NCBI GenBank assembly: GCA_964252035.1
Contig: OZ176211.1
Direction: 5' to 3' (one strand)
DNA from: Podarcis erhardii
Taxonomy: Eukaryota
Length of the DNA: 64,000 bases
The notes beneath the pieces were generated by a model. That model ran no database searches. It had not been told where the DNA came from and saw only the letters and a program-made list of their open reading frames with translations. Every line of letters starts with the position of its first letter. Position 1 is the stretch's first letter. Position numbers and translations under genes: made by a program. Below are positions 35,421-49,084 of this stretch, in pieces.

Positions 35421-37550
35421 AGAGGAGGTGGGTGAGGAAATACGGCGCTGGGAGGGGGTGGAATTATTCTCACAATACCGGCTGTTGAAAGCTATTGAAG
35501 CAGTTAAGGGCTGTTTCTGCATAAAGGAACTAGTACAATATAACCTTAGAAATAAGTATTTAATAACCGTAGTAACAAGCACCGTATGAAATTGTAAGGT
35601 AGATGGGTCCTGATTTCCCTCAGAAATCATAATATGCAATTGACATTTGAGTTTAATACATATAATGTAGGCAACGAATGCATCCTGAATACTAAGCCAC
35701 TCCATTTGATTCCCCAGGACTATTTATTAAAATAGTCGGAACTATTTATTAAAATACTCCCAGAACAGAAATTCATCTGCAGAACAGGAATATAAATTCA
35801 TCTAGTATTTTTTTGTTCCGTAGGCACACAGAACAAGGCCCAGAGCTCTGGTGGGCTAGTGTTCTTGGAAAAGTTTTTGGTATATAACATTTAAATAGTA
35901 TTTTAATATTTAATATTTTTAAATTTGCTTTTTTGGTTGATAATCTGCGTTAACTGCTGGCGGTTTTATAGCACTGAGATCTGTGTTATGACTATGTGTC
36001 CTGTCTTGTATACCTAACCAGGTAGAAAATATAAGACATATGGCTTAACGATTCTAGTGCTGGACTAGAATTGGGAAGACCTAGGTTCAAGCTGCCACTG
36101 GCACATGAAGCTTACTCAGTGACCATGAGTCAGTCACTCTCTCTTAGCTTAACCAATCTTAATAGGAAAGGAAAACCATCAACGCCACTTGGAGCTCCTT
36201 GGAGTTGAGGGAGGATACAAGCATAATAAACGAATAAATAAAATAAATAAATGAAACACATTAGGTTATTTTCTAGGAAATTTATGAGTGCGGGTGGGGT
36301 GGAAGTGCGTAACTTTAATAGCTTTTAAAAGTGGTTCTTTACACTCTCATAATTTCATGAGTCTAAGTATTTACATAGCTTTGCTCATCTTTACAAATCA
36401 CATCGATTTCAACGGGAATTGTTAGAGCAGCACATTGCAACACCACACATAACACTATCCAGCAATCACACCAACTAACTAACCTATTATTTATTATTTA
36501 TTATATTTTTTTACCAACTAACCTATTAAGAGCAGTTCAAGTTTCGGCAGAATTGTTTGATTCTATCATTCTCTCCCCCCCCCCCCCCCGACTATGTCCA
36601 TCTAAAAATTGGGTTGGTTTCATTTCATTTTCATGACGGTATCCTCCACTTTTAACGAAAGAAGCGAGCCAAAAACTGAGGGAGACGTGTTCTCTTCCTA
36701 TGACCAGGAACACAACTTTATATAGAAACACTTGGAATAAGCACACTCCAAGCAGTCCAAAGGAAAAGTCTTTTGGATTAACTACAGCTTCAGCACAACA
36801 GCTCTGCGGATCCAGTGTTCAAATGCGAATACGTGCCCAAGCAAAACACAAGAAATGAAAAGAACATTGTCTTTCGGCTGCCTATCAATTTAACTTGCAG
36901 ATCATCCTAGACTTGCTTTCCTCCTATCTCCCCCATCACATCTGTTGCCAGATACTATCTAGGGCTGGAAAGCATCTGAAGTCTTAAACAGAGATTAAAG
37001 GTGACTATGTGATAGAACAGAATGTACCAACATTTCACCTAAATGTCCTTGCGCTGCTATCCAAGGGATCATTACATTAACAACATATATTTTTTCTCTT
37101 CCAATGGCTGGAGAGGTATATTGCTCCAGCCACTTTGAAAATGCCTGTGACTCCAGGGGGTGGGTGGAGGAGGGAGGGAGAAAATCTTTGGTCTAGTAAT
37201 TATGAAGCCTAAGCAGTATATCTCTTTTCCCCAGACCCTATTCAACAAGCCTGTCTCACTGGCAATGAGCAAGGATAATCAATCAGACGAAATTTTTCCT
37301 GACAACCCTCTGCTCTGTAGCACTATAATAAGGAGCTATATGATAACTTTAACTGCCTCAGTATGGAAGATTTGTCCCAATACACTGTGTAGAAAGGAAG
37401 TCTGGTGGGGGCAGTATGTGCATTTGTATTAAACTGTCTACTTCTAATATTGTTATTGTTTCTTCTGTGGGAAAGGAGGTTGTGGGTCTATACCAGGACT
37501 AGGCAATAAAGGGCATGATGTTGCAGCCTTGAACTATGACTGCTTTGGGA

Positions 37551-37897
37551 GTAAAGGGACCCCTGACCGTTAGGTCCTGTTGCGGACGACTCTGGGGTTA
37601 CGGCACTCGTCTCGCTTTACTGGCCGAGGGAGCCGGCGTACAGCTTACAGGTCATGTGGCCAGCATGACTAAGCTGCTTCTGGTGAACCAGAGCAGCACA
37701 CAGAAATGCTGTTTACCTTTCCATCGGAGCGGTGCCTATTTATCTACTTGCACTTTGATATGCTTTTGAACTGCTAGGTTGGCAGGAGCAGGGACCGAGC
37801 AACGGGAGATCACGCCGTCGTGGGGATTCGAACCGCCAACCTTCTGATTGGCAAGTCCTAGGCTCTGTGGTTTAACCCACAGCGCCACCCGCGTCCC
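37551..37897 (-). mobile_element. Full-length Sauria SINE
   Basis: Reverse complement begins GGGACGCGGGTGGCGCTGTGGGTTAAACCACAGAGCCTAG, has a B-box GGTTCGAATCC and the core ggtcatgtggccagcatgact. Confidence 0.9.
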
Positions 37898-38506
37898 TGA
37901 AAATGCCCCTAGATCTCACTAATTTAACACATAGCACATCCAAGCTATGATGGAGAATGCCCTGAAAAGTTTTTAGTTATGAAAAGCAGGAAACCATAGA
38001 AACACACGTCCTGAAATCTATGACTTTTTTTCCAGAGCACGAACAAATTGGAGTTGAAGACCTGTGCATCCGTACCTAACACATTTCTTTGTTACAGTGA
38101 AACCTGCACCATCAAGCGATGACCACCTCCATCAGCAAGGACTGGCTTGCCGTCAACTTCAAGTTTCCCCGATTCACCCACTTTTGATTAAATCCCCCAG
38201 TGAAGATCAGTCACCTGTGAAGTCCATTTCTAGCCATACTCTAACTTGCCTGTGAAACCTGATAAACTGACCTGCAGAGAAGCCTCTCCATTTGAAACAA
38301 AAGTTAATGAGCAGGCCAGGGAGGGAAGGGAAGAGTGCCAAATGGAGAAAATGCAGGGGAACAGAGAACACATGTGTGCACATGGGCATGGAAAAGTGTA
38401 AGGCGTTGAAAAATGCTTTGTAATTGATAAATGCATAATACATGTAGACCTCAGAATCTAAATAAGCGTTACTAAACTAAAAAGAAGGACAATTATCTAA
38501 AACAAA

Positions 38507-38550
<44 letters not shown>
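38507..38550 (+). repeat. (TATC)11 microsatellite
   Basis: Read directly from the sequence. Confidence 0.95.
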
Positions 38551-38845
38551 GTGTATCTATCATCTGTTCATCCACAGGTGTGTATGGGGAGTTAGGGATG
38601 GGAATCTTATGTTCAGTTCTCTACATTTCTACACGTTTCCTTTTTTTAAGTCCTGATGAAAACTTATCAATATTTTAGTGCTAATTTCTTCTAATATATA
38701 CATTTTTATAAGCAATTTTGCCTAATATTCTTATATTTGCAAAACCATTTCCCCATATATAATACATTATTGAATGTTATTTTCACTAATATACACATTC
38801 CTGTATGCATCTACCTGTATACCACAGTACATGCATTTTTGTATA

Positions 38846-39066
38846 CAGTGGACCCTCAGGTTACATTACTTTCAGGGAACGAAACTTTCGGGTTGCGAAT
38901 GCAGCAAACCCGGAAGTATATTCTTCCGGGTTTCGCCGTGCGTGTATGAGCAGAAGCGCTCTATCGCACCACACATGTGGACAGAAGCAGTGCCTCTGCT
39001 TACGGATTTTTCAGGGTGCATACAGACCGCTGGAATGAATTACATTCGTATCTAGAGGGTCCACTG
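38846..39066. mobile_element. Tc1/mariner-type MITE
   Basis: TIR cagtggaccctc / gagggtccactg, TA TSD. Confidence 0.8.
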
Positions 39067-39231
39067 TACTTTTACGCCCCTGTAAGATTTGGATGAGTGA
39101 GAATTTCAAAGAATAGCTGTGTTTTGGTTTGCGCAATGTTTTTTTTTTTTTAAAAAATGCAAATTTGGTAAGTTCAGCTTGAAATGCAAAACTGAACAAA
39201 TTTCTCATCCATATCTCTGTCTCTCCCTCTC

Positions 39232-39264
<33 letters not shown>

Positions 39265-39712
39265 TGAGAAGATTTTGGTTGGATCTACAATGGTTGTCTT
39301 TTGGGGGGGTTGGGGGTTGGTTCAGTTTCTGAATAACAAGTTGAAACTTACAAATTCCCTACTTTAGGGGTAGCCACTGTCCAGATGTTTTAGGACTCCA
39401 ACTCCCATCAACCCCAGCCAACATAGCCAATTGACTAGAGGGTACCATATTTGCTGTCCAGCTCTACAGAACTGCTAATAATCAAAATCCTTGATTTCAT
39501 GTGTTTTTTGGTCATAGTATTCCTGCTCTCCCCCAGCTTGCGTTTCAGGCTACGTCAGTGGAGGTATAGACGTTCTGACGCAAGTATGCTGGTGTATCAC
39601 CCACTGAATGCGAGGCCCCAGACAGAACAACCCAGTAGCAACACTGAAAAACCATACAGACTTTTCCCTTAAAATGCTACTTTCAGATTGGCACATCTGG
39701 CTGACAACTATG

Positions 39713-39930
39713 TATTTATTTATTATTTTTGTAGTCCATCTTTTGTTCAAGGAGCGCAGGGTGGCATACATGTTTCTCTTCCCATTTTATCCCCAGAACA
39801 ACCCAGTGAGGTAGGTTAGGGCTAAGAGACTGTGACTAGCCCAAAGTCGCCCAGTTAATCTGATGGCTCAGCAGGGATTTTAACCCTGGTCTCCCAGGTC
39901 CTAGCCTAACACTCTAACCACTACTCCATA
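39713..39930 (-). mobile_element. Older CORE/MIR-like SINE (related copies at about 13770-13910, 14000-14110, 20400-20530, 26380-26500, 36040-36250, 63350-63510)
   Basis: Recurring acaaccc.gtgaggtagg...gactagcccaa.gtc.cccag...aaccact motif. Confidence 0.6.
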
Positions 39931-40406
39931 CTCTCACTCTTTCTTTTTTTTTACACATCTATCTGTCCACACCCACATGTTTGTCAAAGGCTCCAGAATC
40001 TATGTAATTGGTTATATGTATCTCAATGAATGACTCATGCAGCAATATGGGGAAATAGGCATCAGTGACTTAATAAAGTGGTTCTCTTTTTCTTTTTTGC
40101 TTCTGTTCTTCCAAGAACTTTTAAAAAATCTGTCTTGGACTGTAAAATATAGGAGAGAGACCCTGGGAATAACGACATGCATTTTACCAAAATGAACCAG
40201 CTCTTTAGCAGCTGCTGTTCAGATCACTACGCCTAAAAATGGAATGATTATAAAAAGCAGACCAGCATATAAAAACAAACAGTGCCACTTCCGTTATGCT
40301 GGTTTCAAGGGAAGGCATGGATAAGTCAGACAATATACTATAATGCAAAGGAATTTGCCCAGGCACTGAGTTGGTAGGCAGGAAAGCTATGAATATATGT
40401 TAATTA

Positions 40407-40657
40407 CAGTCATACCTTGGAAGTCGAACGGAAGCCATTCCGGAAGTCCGTTTGATTTCCAAAACATTCGAAAACTGAAGCGTGCATTCTGATTGGCTGC
40501 AGGAAGCTCCTGCAGCCAACCGGAAGCCGCAAAAGCCCCGTCAGACATTCAGCTTTCAAAAGAACGTTCGAAAACCGGAACACTCATTTCCGGGTTTGCA
40601 ATGTTTGGGAGCCGATTGGTTCGGGAGCCAAGGCATTCGAGATCCAAGGTAAGACTG
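40407..40657. mobile_element. Tc1/mariner-type MITE, family 3
   Basis: cagtcataccttgga...tccaaggtaagactg, TA TSD, internal ttggctgcaggaagctcctgcagccaa. Confidence 0.8.
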
Positions 40658-40774
40658 TATTATAGTCCATTTTTAAAAGTTACAACACCACCGTTATTTT
40701 GGATAGCATTCACCTTTCACTTTCAAACACTAAACACATTCTGCATTCAATGAAGATAAAAGTAAACACTCTAC

Positions 40775-40885
40775 CAGTTGGATCAAAGTCTGGGAAATAA
40801 TCAGGGCAATTTTGATCAGCAAATTCTCCAGCAGGTGTGTCATCCCAGCAAAGCCATCCATCCCATGTCCGGTTGCAGAATAGTC
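40775..40885 (-). CDS. CALCR: Calcitonin receptor exon, 111 nt ([37 protein letters not shown])
   Basis: Class B GPCR hormone-binding signature [11 protein letters not shown]...CPDYF; tag acceptor and gtag donor. Confidence 0.97.
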
Positions 40886-41444
40886 CTAGAAATTCAGAAA
40901 GAATCAAGCTATATTATTTAAAGGTGGTGGTGGTGGGGAAACCACTGGCCTTCTCTTTTTTCTTTCTTTTGTTAAATGTTTGTAAGACTCACAGAAACAT
41001 CTTGTGGTGCTAGTGTTTTTAAACTTGGAAGCACCATATTACTCATTGGTACTTCTCACGTTGTATCCTGCCTTTTCTCCAAAAAGGTTAGGATAGCACC
41101 CGTGGGGATTACCTGTTTTTTTTTTATCCTCTTTACAACCCTGTGAGGTAGTTAGACTGCAAGGATATGACTTGGGCACACCTAATTCCATCCTTAGAAC
41201 AATCTCACGAGGTGGTTAGGCTGAAAGACAAGTTCACGCTGGAACCTTTGGGGCTGAGTCCACTTCATCAGATGCATGAAAGCTTAGAGGTGTAGATACA
41301 CAGGTTGTATCTATGCCTGTAACTTCAAAGGTGTTGGGATTAAAGCTACAACACTTGCAATAAGTTACATGACCCAGTTGGGGGTGACAGAGAGAAAGGC
41401 AATCTATTATTCCCTCACGGATTCTTCCTTAGTAATGGCTTATT

Positions 41445-42044
41445 CAGAGGCATCGGAAGGTCAAGTGGTACCCGGTGCGGAAAATTTCTTGTCACCCCCC
41501 ACAGATATTTTTTTTTGCCTGCAAAAATGGTTTTACGTTATTTCATATTTTCTTACAAAGGAATAATAATAATAAACAACTTTTATTTATATCCCGCCCT
41601 CCCCAGCCAAAGTTGGGCTCAGGGCAGCTAACATCAGATACATAACATTGGTATAAAATCAAACTAGAATTAAATTACGTCCTAAAAACATGTCAAAATC
41701 AAATTAAAGTCTCATTAGATGGCTTTCAGCAGGGTTAGGGTTGGGAACAGTAAGTGCTCCACTGAATTGAAATTTCAGCCTTCACAACATAGGAAAACGG
41801 CCAATTAAACAGCTATTTTTGTGGAGGGTCAAGATATTAACTGATATGTATGAACTTTCATATATAGCTATATAATCCCTAGTGTAGTAAGATAAGACCT
41901 TTGGAGCAGGCATTTTTTTTTAAAAAAAAGTTTTTTTATGAACTGCCCTAGTAGGACAGTAATTGTTCCTTGATAATTTGACACCCCCCCTCCATGATGG
42001 AACCTGGGGTAGACCACCCCCCGCCCCCCCTTCCTATGCCCCTG
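41445..42044. mobile_element. hAT MITE interrupted by an L2-like 3' fragment (about 41561-41875, minus strand)
   Basis: TIR cag(a/g)ggcat(c/a)ggaagg, TSD g(g/a)cttatt; the internal tttatttatatcccgccctcc tail is L2-like. Confidence 0.7.
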
Positions 42045-42222
42045 GACTTATTGACATTTAAATTGCTTTTGGGGGGCTTTCCTTCTTTCTGCTCCACGTT
42101 GAGATAGTTCATAGCATGTGTTAGTGGTAACCTCTGGACTCCATGTTGGCTTTATGTGAGCTTACTATGATTAATATGCCTTAGGTTTCTTTATCTTTTC
42201 AACTAGCTGCCTTATCAGACTA

Positions 42223-42401
42223 CCGTATTTACACAAAGGTAATGCACACCTTTTTTGGACAAATTATGTCACAAAAATTAGGGTGCGCATTAGATTTGAT
42301 GGCACATTTACATTCACCAGCAAATCCTTTTTTGGTTTCAAGGTTTTGAAAATCGAGGTGTGCATTAGATTCGATGGCGCTTTAGATTCACGTAGATAGG
42401 G
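42223..42401. mobile_element. Older Tc2/Kanga-like MITE
   Basis: ta|ccgtattt ... taggg|ta with repeated gtgc(a/g)cattagatt.gatggc. Confidence 0.6.
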
Positions 42402-42782
42402 TATTTATTTCTGCATTCTGCTGTGATATATACAAACTCCAACAAAATGGAGACTCTAACATGAAACCAAATTCATCAAGAAGCTCAGTGCTATCACCTG
42501 TGGCTTGAACTGTGACAAAGGTTTTTTTAAAATTATTACATTATATGTGTCAAGAAGCTTACCAATGTCAGGATCACCATGTTATCATCAGCACCTGCTT
42601 TTGTGAATAACCACTGAGAATAATGTAAATAATGTGGTCTTTCAATGAAGGGTGGTATATAAATAAATAAAATAAAATCAATGCCACTGCCTGTATTTTC
42701 TGCATATAATTTCCTTCACACAGTTTTACAACCCCCTTCTCCAAACCATGTTACATAATTATTCTGTAACTTGGGGTAATAC

Positions 42783-42890
42783 TTCATGCATCTGATGAAG
42801 TTGACCCTACTTCTTTAAAGCTTATTCCATAATAAAATCTATTAGTTTCCAAGGTGCCACAAAGCTCTTTGTGTTTTTATTGCTGCAAAC
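42783..42890 (+). mobile_element. Decayed Penelope-like 3' pLTR fragment with degenerate hammerhead
   Basis: tcatgcatctgatgaag...taaagcttattccataataaaatctattagtttccaaggtgccac; the core GAAA is mutated to TAAA. A shorter inverted remnant lies at about 41240-41280. Confidence 0.55.
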
Positions 42891-44929
42891 TCAGCCTCCT
42901 CTCTGAAAGTTCATAAAGAAACATAACAGTCAGAATAACGGCTGCTTGTAGATTTTAGGCGATGACAAAAGGTACAGAAACTTGGCAATGATTACGGAAG
43001 AAAATTGAACTTCTCTGCTTGTAGACAAGCAAACATTCCAAGGCAGATACTGTTGTACTTGAAAACAACAATATTTTTTTAAAAAACTTTGTAGCTGTGT
43101 TAAGTTTTCCCTTTTCCAAGTGCATTTTTCTCATTATGTGTAAGCATATGATTTCCCCTTAGAAATACAGAGGTTCTAAAATATTTGTTCAGATTATTAA
43201 TAAATCCTAACAGCATTTCAATAACAGCACTGTGGTTTCGAATCTAACAACACCCTTCCCCAGAAAATAATCTTTCTTTTCAACAAATACTCAGTTTTCA
43301 CTCCACTTTGGGATATATTTTCTATGAGATGAAATCAGGGGGAAAGATCAGCAGGAGAACCCACCTGCAATGAAAACACGGCAGGGTGGGATACATTAGA
43401 GGTCTTGTTTTTAATTTTGCAAACATTTGCTATTCTGTAAAATGATAAACAGTTGCATTTTTCAATACACTACACCAAGTTTCTCACCCAGGGGAAATAA
43501 GTATTTGTCCCTCCCCTCCCCTGGATATTATTCTTGTTTTATGAAAAAGAGTAAACCAAGGTTTATTTCAATATTATGTTATTTTGGGAAGGAATTACCT
43601 TCTTATTTGTTATCCCCAGTTATTTGTCTCATTAAAATAATCACTGTTTTTCTGACGCTTCCCCCCCCCATCCAGAAAAGTCTCTTCAGTTTAGTTTTAT
43701 GCAATGCAGTCTTGACTGTGGCGTTTGAAATTGACAGCGATGTAATAAAACTAAATGGTCACTTCTAGTTACACATAATTCATTCTCTGGCTCAAAATGC
43801 ACTGAGCATTTAGAACAGTATCAAACCCAGCCAGATGGGTGGGGTATAAATAATAAATTATTATTATTAAAAATTATTATAATGGCCTTCCCCCCAAACA
43901 CCCTGGGGCCTGTAGTTTGTCGAGGATGCTAAGGGTTCTTGGGGGACCCCTATTCTCCTCCCAGAGCTAAAATTCTCAGAGTTGCTTTGAAAGAGGGATT
44001 GGTTGTTCAACAATAGTGGGAACTGTAGCTCTGTGAGGGGAATGTGAAGCTAGTATCCCTATTCTACACATACCAAATGGAAACAAGTCCCTTATATTCA
44101 GTGGTATTTACTTCTAAGAAACTGACTTGCTGTCAAGCCCTTAGTGTGAGAGCGGGGATATGACTGACATGGTCAAGCTCAAAGGCCTTCTTTTGGCATA
44201 TGTGCACAATTAAACTGCCCAAGGACAGCACACTTCTCGTGGTTCCTTTTTTTCAAACGCCTCAGAATAACCAGAAATGCAGTTTTCCCTGAGGCAGTCA
44301 GATGTTGCCTGAAGCAGATCGGCTGCTATCCCTTCAAGATGCCAGGCATTTTATTTTATTGTTGCAATGTGCTGAGTGGGGTTAAAACTTGCTAAGAGGA
44401 AGCTTTTAATTCAAGGCACAGTAGGCCTTTAATTCCTGCCCACATTCAACAAACTTTGCATGTCCACCCTCAGCAAGGTAAGCGCTGCAGTTGCATTTTC
44501 TTTTCTTTTTTTAAAGAAAGACCCTGCCACAACTCAGGTCTGAGGGGAAAAAAACAACACAGAAAACACAGGAATGTAATGATCTGGCAAGTTTGCCACC
44601 CACGTTCTCTGTAAAGCATGGTGAACTAATGATGTCAACTCCTTAAAAGGCTAGTGGAGAAGCAAGAGCCAGCAGACAACTTGGTTTCGTCAACAAGCCT
44701 GTTTTGAAGACATCTTGCTTCACTGGATTTATCCAGCTCAGTTCCAAAATTAAGTTCTTGGAGGTGTTGTAGGAAAGCTATTCCAAATCTCTCTCCCCTC
44801 CCCCCCATTTTGGAAGCTGATATATCCATTTGCTTTTGTGGGCATTCACAGAGGTTATTTTTATGTTTTTTCATGGCAGTATTTCAGAAATGCATTAAAG
44901 TAATTTTAAAGCACCTGTCTTTTCCTTAC

Positions 44930-45083
44930 CTTTTTTCTTGTAAGGAGGCTGCCTGTTCATCCTCTCATAGCATTTGAACTGGGAATCTACTATCTTCTGG
45001 CGTATTGCTGAATGTTCAGTTTCTATAGGCTCTAATGTGGGATCAGTATAACTTACAGTAGAAGAGAGACTTGGAGCCATTCT
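44930..45083 (-). CDS. CALCR: Calcitonin receptor exon, 154 nt (RMAPSLSS...QKIVDSQFKCYERMNRQPPYKKK)
   Basis: cag acceptor and gtaag donor; carries the first extracellular-domain cysteine motif (QFKCYE); in frame with both neighbours. Confidence 0.93.
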
Positions 45084-45546
45084 CTGTGCAAAGAGGAAAA
45101 ACTGTTAATGGATGCGAGTAAAACCAGGAGAGTAACATCAAAAACACGAGGTGCCCATCATTCTTACTTTTATCTCATTGTATACTTAAATGTTGCTATG
45201 GAGATTTTGATGTTTTGCTTGCAAAAACATGTAGTACCTTCTCTCCAGGACATACAAAACACAGGATTAAATATGGCTGTGCAAAGGACTGCTTGCTTTG
45301 ATTATGAGAGTTTTTATTGCTTCTCCCTATGGGGAAGCAATCTGCGTGGCAACTGCAGCTAAATAGAATGGAAGCTGAACAGTGGTAAGGCATAGTGAAT
45401 TTCACACACACAATTCCATACTGCAAATACATTTTGGGGGGAAATGGAAGCCCACTGTGAGTCTCCAAATCTTCCCATTGGCAAAAATTGAGTTCACACA
45501 TTTAAATGTTGTCATTAGGTATTTCCCCAACACCAATGACTGAACT

Positions 45547-45789
45547 AGAGCCAGTGTGGTGTAGTGGTTAAGAGCAGTAGACTCGTAATCTGGTGAACCG
45601 GGTTCGCGTCCCTGCTCCTCCACATGCAGCTGCTGGGTGACCTTGGGCCAGTCACACTTCTTTGAAGTCTCTCAGCCCCACTCACCTCACAGAGTGTTTG
45701 TTGTGGGGGAGGAAGGGAAAGGAGATTGTTAGCCGCTTTGAGACTCCTTCGGGTAGTGATAAAGCGGGATATCAAATCCAAACTCTTCT
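45547..45789 (+). mobile_element. tRNA-derived CORE-like SINE (Squam3-like), young copy
   Basis: A-box gtggtgtagtggtt, B-box ggttcgcgtcc, CORE-like gggtgaccttgggccagtcac, (CTT) tail. Confidence 0.8.
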
Positions 45790-46513
45790 ATCTAAATTAC
45801 CAGTTTTCATATTCTCCAAAACAGTGTTCTTCAACCTTGGGTCCCCAGCTACAGCCAGGCTAGTCAATGGTTAGGGATGATGGGAGCAGCGGTCTAGCAA
45901 CATTTGGGGACCCAAGGCTCAAGAACACAGCTCCGAGGCATACAGCATGCTACACACTGAAGGGGTTACTACTCTGAGGTTTTGTGAGAAGACATACAAT
46001 GAATTTGCATCGTGTGTGTTACATTTAATGAAAACTGCTGTGATTTAAAGCCCACTGGTACACAATTAAATTGTCGGCAAGCACACCATTGGATTCGACA
46101 ACTTAAGGGACCCTAGCCTTCGTGGAATGAGTAATCTGCTGTTCAGAAGCGGCTGGAAGTGAAATAGCAGGGACCATACCGTATGTGATTTAAGGGATTA
46201 ATTCTGTTATTGGGCAAGGCAGACTCTGATTGACTGGAGGTTCTAGACAATTGGGAGTTAGCTGTCAGCGAGGATGGCAGTTGAGATTTGACAGCTGGAG
46301 GAGTTGGAGGGAAGAGTTGTTCTGAAGGTATTTTTCCCCTGTGTAAGCCTGAATTCCTGCCTTATTTCTCCTCATATTAAATATAGTACTGTTTTGTTCA
46401 GTTTACCTCAGTAAAGTTTATTATCACTTTCTTTTCTCTCTGGACTCCATCACCTTTATTCTAGCCATTCTGCTAACACCCCGAACCTAAGCCATCCCTC
46501 TTTTCTTCTGATA

Positions 46514-46731
46514 CAGTGGTACCTCGGGTTAAGTACTTAATTCGTTCCGGAGGTCCGTTCTTAACCTGAAACTGTTCTTAACCTGAAGCATCACTTTAGC
46601 TAATGGGGCCTCCTGCTGCTGCCGGGGCACGATTTCTGTTCTCATTCTGAAGCAAAGTTCTTAACCTGAAGCACTATTTCTGGGTTAGTGGAGTCTGTAA
46701 CCAGAAGCGTATGTAACCCGAGGTACCACTG
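46514..46731. mobile_element. Tc1/mariner-type (Tigger-like) MITE; related copies at 1-109 (partial) and 55948-56143
   Basis: TIR CAGTGGTACCTCGGGTTA and TA TSD on both sides. Confidence 0.88.
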
Positions 46732-48743
46732 TACTGTGCAGGCTCAAATGTACCGCTAACAAACACTGAGAACAGAGAAAGGGGAGCAGATAGAGAAGAG
46801 GCAAAGACTCTTGTCATTCGATTGCTAGAGGACCTGGTACGGTCCATCAGTTAGGGATTGCAATGATAAAGAGCTCAAACAGAAATGACTGCAAGCCTTT
46901 ATGAGTTTCCACAAAGTGTACCGTAATTAGCTAAATGCTGGCATAAAGTAGGAGGTTTTTTTTCTCCACTTCATTGGCTGTGCTTAATATAATTTGTGCT
47001 GGACAGTAATAGAATGGTAAATTGAAATTACACAAGGCAGACCTGACCATAGATCTCCAGATGTTGTTGGACTCCAACTCCCATCAGCCCCAGCCAACAT
47101 GCCCCATGAACAGGGTGATGGTAGTTGCAGCCCAGCAACATCTGAAAGGCCACAGGTTCCCTATTCCTGAATAAGGAAGATACTTTCAAACCTGCAGGCA
47201 GTCATATTTCAGCCACACTGGCCACCCATTGCCTTGGTTTTCAAGGCCGACGATCAAGGGAAAATAAGAGAGGTTTGCAGCGGTACTAGCTAAAGAGGGC
47301 TTGACTGGAAATAGTCTTCCGCTGTCAGGACCAAGAAAGTATAGCAAGCACCATGACCTACAACCAGTGAAGAGTTAGGCACCAGGAATCGATAAGTATA
47401 TATTTTCATAATGTCCCATTTCAATCTACAGAACCCATTAAATTCAGTGGAAGAAGTAGATTCATGTGTGCAACGCTCTGCACATGAGAATTATCTTACT
47501 CTCCTGAAATACACAGGATTCATTTGTTTTAAATGAAATATTTTTACTGAATGCATCAAGGTATTTCATGCTCTCAGGCTGCAATCCTAGGCAAACTTAC
47601 CAGAGAAGAAGTCCCATTCAAATCAGAGGGACTTACTTCCAACCAAGTAAACATACCTAGGATTGGTCTGTTGAAATGCCAAGTTATTCCTGTCATTCCC
47701 TTTCTTTTCCTCATATTAGGACATCTTGTCCACTCAAGAGTTTTGCGTGCACATCTGAGCACATCTTAACTCAGTGGACACAATCATTCACCGCTGACTT
47801 GTCTGTTTCAGCCATCTTCTTCTGTTTTGAACAAAGCATGTTTTGGGTTTAAAAATATTGTCAAAATTTATGTGCTTTCCTCAGTGGCAGTGGTTCAAAG
47901 ACCGAATGGCAAATGCACATTGAAAACAACCTATGAAAGATCAGGTGATTTTAATGTTTACTTTTATATTTTGGGCACTTGCCTTTTTTGAAACAAAAGT
48001 GAGCAGGTGAATCTACCGCCAGTGTTAAAATATTTCTTTTTGATTATATTAGTCTTGGCTTAAACTAGAGTAGAGCTCTCCCATGAGGAGTCTTGGAAAT
48101 ATGGTTATCTGTCTCTTTCATAAGCCATTCACTTCACCTCTGCGGTTTTATAAAATTTAATGATTTAAACAGAGGTTTGCAGTTGTGCAAGGAGGAAGCA
48201 TTAACACTTATAGAATTAAATACCAGCTTTTTTCATAAAGAAGCATTCTATGTCATCCTCCTCCTTGCTAACACTGTATTCAGTTTGACTAAATACTTTT
48301 AGATGACCACAAAAATATCCTGGGGATTGAAACATGATATGGAATCACATTAACTGTTGTATTTCCAGTCTTACATTCAGCACTCATAATATTTATTCAA
48401 AGCCTAGAGAAACCTATGTAGGTAATAAGTGTTTAAGCTTTCTTTTATCAAGGATTTTGAATAAATGTTATTCATTCATTCAGCAAATCAGTCAACAGTT
48501 AAACACCACCATAAATCATAAAACACTCAACACTTTATGAAAATGCAAGCATAAAACAGACTTGCCAGTGCAGAGCAAAACCTAGGCAAATTCAACATCA
48601 AAAAGGCCAGGAAAAATAATGTTTTTACCTGTCACTAAAACACATCAAAGTTATGCCAGGCAGACTTTGCTTTTCAAAGTTGGGGGAGCCAAAACAGAAA
48701 AGACCCTGTCACTGGTCAGATCCATCTAACTTTTGAGTGACTA

Positions 48744-49084
48744 GGGACCAAAAAACCAGTATATGAAATTGGTTTTAATACAGTGTATTGATGGAATAAG
48801 TTGAAGTATATGGCATTCTTGTTTTCCCACTCTCAGTTCATAATTTGAGATGGCATACATGCAGTAGGAGGAACATTCCTTGCATTACTTTGGGTTTTGA
48901 GAAGAAAGTAGTGTTACAGTCTCTTGTCCAAAGTAAAGTGCATAGCTTCAACATACATATTCACATCTTCTGTATCTTGTAGTGTTATGAACTGAGAGTG
49001 GGAAAACAAGAATGCCATATACTTCAACTTATTCCTTCAATACACTGTATTAAAACCAATTTCAGATACTGGTTTTTTGGTCCC
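48744..49084. repeat. 100-bp inverted repeat with 141-bp spacer
   Basis: 48744-48843 and 48985-49084 are reverse complements with 2 mismatches. Confidence 0.95.

Noticed and set aside
46070-46490. Possible solo LTR (TG...CA ends, AGTAAA signal)
   Set aside because: Could not identify matching termini or a 4-5 bp TSD.
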